A stretch of DNA of 63,871 nucleotides, filler included, from Reticulomyxa filosa (taxonomy: Eukaryota > Protista > Foraminifera), in the NCBI GenBank assembly GCA_000512085.1. It is 30 parts of 30 records of this genome, joined end to end, with 100 filler letters (N's around TTAATTAATTAA, not from the genome) between each part and the next. Parts side by side here need not be neighbours in the genome. Positions count along the whole stretch, not along the records: positions 62,266 to 63,871 come from ASPP01019462.1; 29 more parts are not named here. One strand, written 5' to 3'. The notes beneath the pieces were generated by a model. The model saw only the letters and a list, made by a program, of their open reading frames with translations. It did no database searches and was not told where the DNA came from. The position numbers and the translations under genes are program-made. Positions 62,721-63,871 of this stretch are shown in pieces. Each line of letters opens with the position of its first letter. The stretch's first letter is position 1.

Positions 62721-63871
62721 TCAGCTGACACGAAAGAGGAACGAGCATGATAACAGTAAATCCTTGTGATATGATAAATTGAGTTCTTGCTGTCCGAGTG
62801 CGCGCTTGTATTTCAATGACAATTCCACAATCAAGCATTCCGTTACATTATTGAAAGGCCCGTCCCTTAGAACTGCCATTGTTTGAGTGGTGGCCTTGTC
62901 AATAGCAGGCCCTTTCACTTCTTGAATCCAAGTGATTCGGCTTTGTTGGTAACCGAACAATTCGTTCGTATCCACAGGCGACGAGTCTTTGAGACGAGGG
63001 GCATAATACAATCGACTTCTGGCACTGACATTGCCCACGTATCCACTCAGCAGCGCCCTCTACATCACACTGAAGCGCTTTGTTCGTTCCACCCCAGCGT
63101 TTATTGATTCTCTGATCCACATGCCGATCTTGATGCCATAGATTTCTCCTTCATCGATTTCTTCAATATATTTTATATGCCCATGATGTTCAAAGCTCAA
63201 TTTCACTCGGCCTCTTACACTCTATTTTGAACGCCGTCTTTGTCGGTTGCCATTTGATCAAACATTCCGCACAAATATACCACCATCCATGTCTTTTTTT
63301 TTTAAATAAAAAAAAGCAAACTATTGAATTTTGTTCATTTGTCCTCGTATCTCTTCTATCTCAACAGCAGTTTATAAACAATAACAAACCTGCGTGTAAA
63401 GTATGTACCGCCCGTCGGTCATTCAGGTATTTTTTCATTCAATTCAATGTCGTATACCTACTATCATTTAGTATCTTTTCCAATATATTATGTTGTCTAT
63501 TTTTCCAAATTTCAAAGTTCAGCATTGCACATCGTTTTAAAAAAAAAAAATAGTCAGATTAACTCTTTTTTTCCCGTTTTAATTTGCACCCGTTGTCCAA
63601 TACTGTATTTACTTCCCTTTCGTTGTTACTCTGGCTTCCACTTTCGAAATCGATTGAAGCACGACAATTGATTTTCGTTTGGTACACGTACCTATTCCAC
63701 TGGGACACTACATTTTACATTCGAACAAGTCACTATCAATTGATATACTTCTTTTGACTTCAAACAAATACTGCACAACAAAAAAAAGATTAAAAAAACC
63801 TGAAAGTATCATGAGCACCAGGAGTCTATATGTCTACAAAGAAAACACAATATAGTATTATATATTTAAAA

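Noticed and set aside
1-63871. rRNA, tRNA or CRISPR arrays
   Set aside because: No conserved rRNA segments, cloverleaf-compatible sequence or repeat-spacer arrays were seen by eye. A covariance-model scan was not possible.

Overview
This window is not one locus. It is 30 short (about 1-5 kb) unlinked contigs joined by an artificial 100-nt spacer (44 N + TTAATTAATTAA + 44 N), so adjacency across a spacer means nothing. The DNA is AT-rich, eukaryotic and nuclear, with short GT-AG introns. The gene families (NACHT NTPase, WD40 ending GPIRIWG, Kelch, coiled-coil plus Gly-rich, CAP-Gly) and the many decayed copies suggest a foraminiferan such as Reticulomyxa; this is inference and was not verified. 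Recognisable genes are a RING-H2/PHD protein, a Yippee/YPEL protein, Kelch, an eRF1 pseudogene, a Tc1 remnant with inverted repeats, a CRE-like non-LTR reverse transcriptase, a PHTF-like membrane protein, poly(A) polymerase, two WD40 C-termini and a NACHT protein. There is also an unidentified multi-copy membrane-protein family. The most striking signal is three precise micro-inversions (100, 39 and 43 bp), each bounded by a 3-6 bp inverted repeat. Flipping each one restores the conserved protein sequence in frame (two in eRF1, one in the multi-copy family). They occur alongside many short internal deletions, which points to a recurrent microhomology-guided rearrangement process acting on gene copies. 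All translations and alignments were done by hand and need computational confirmation.
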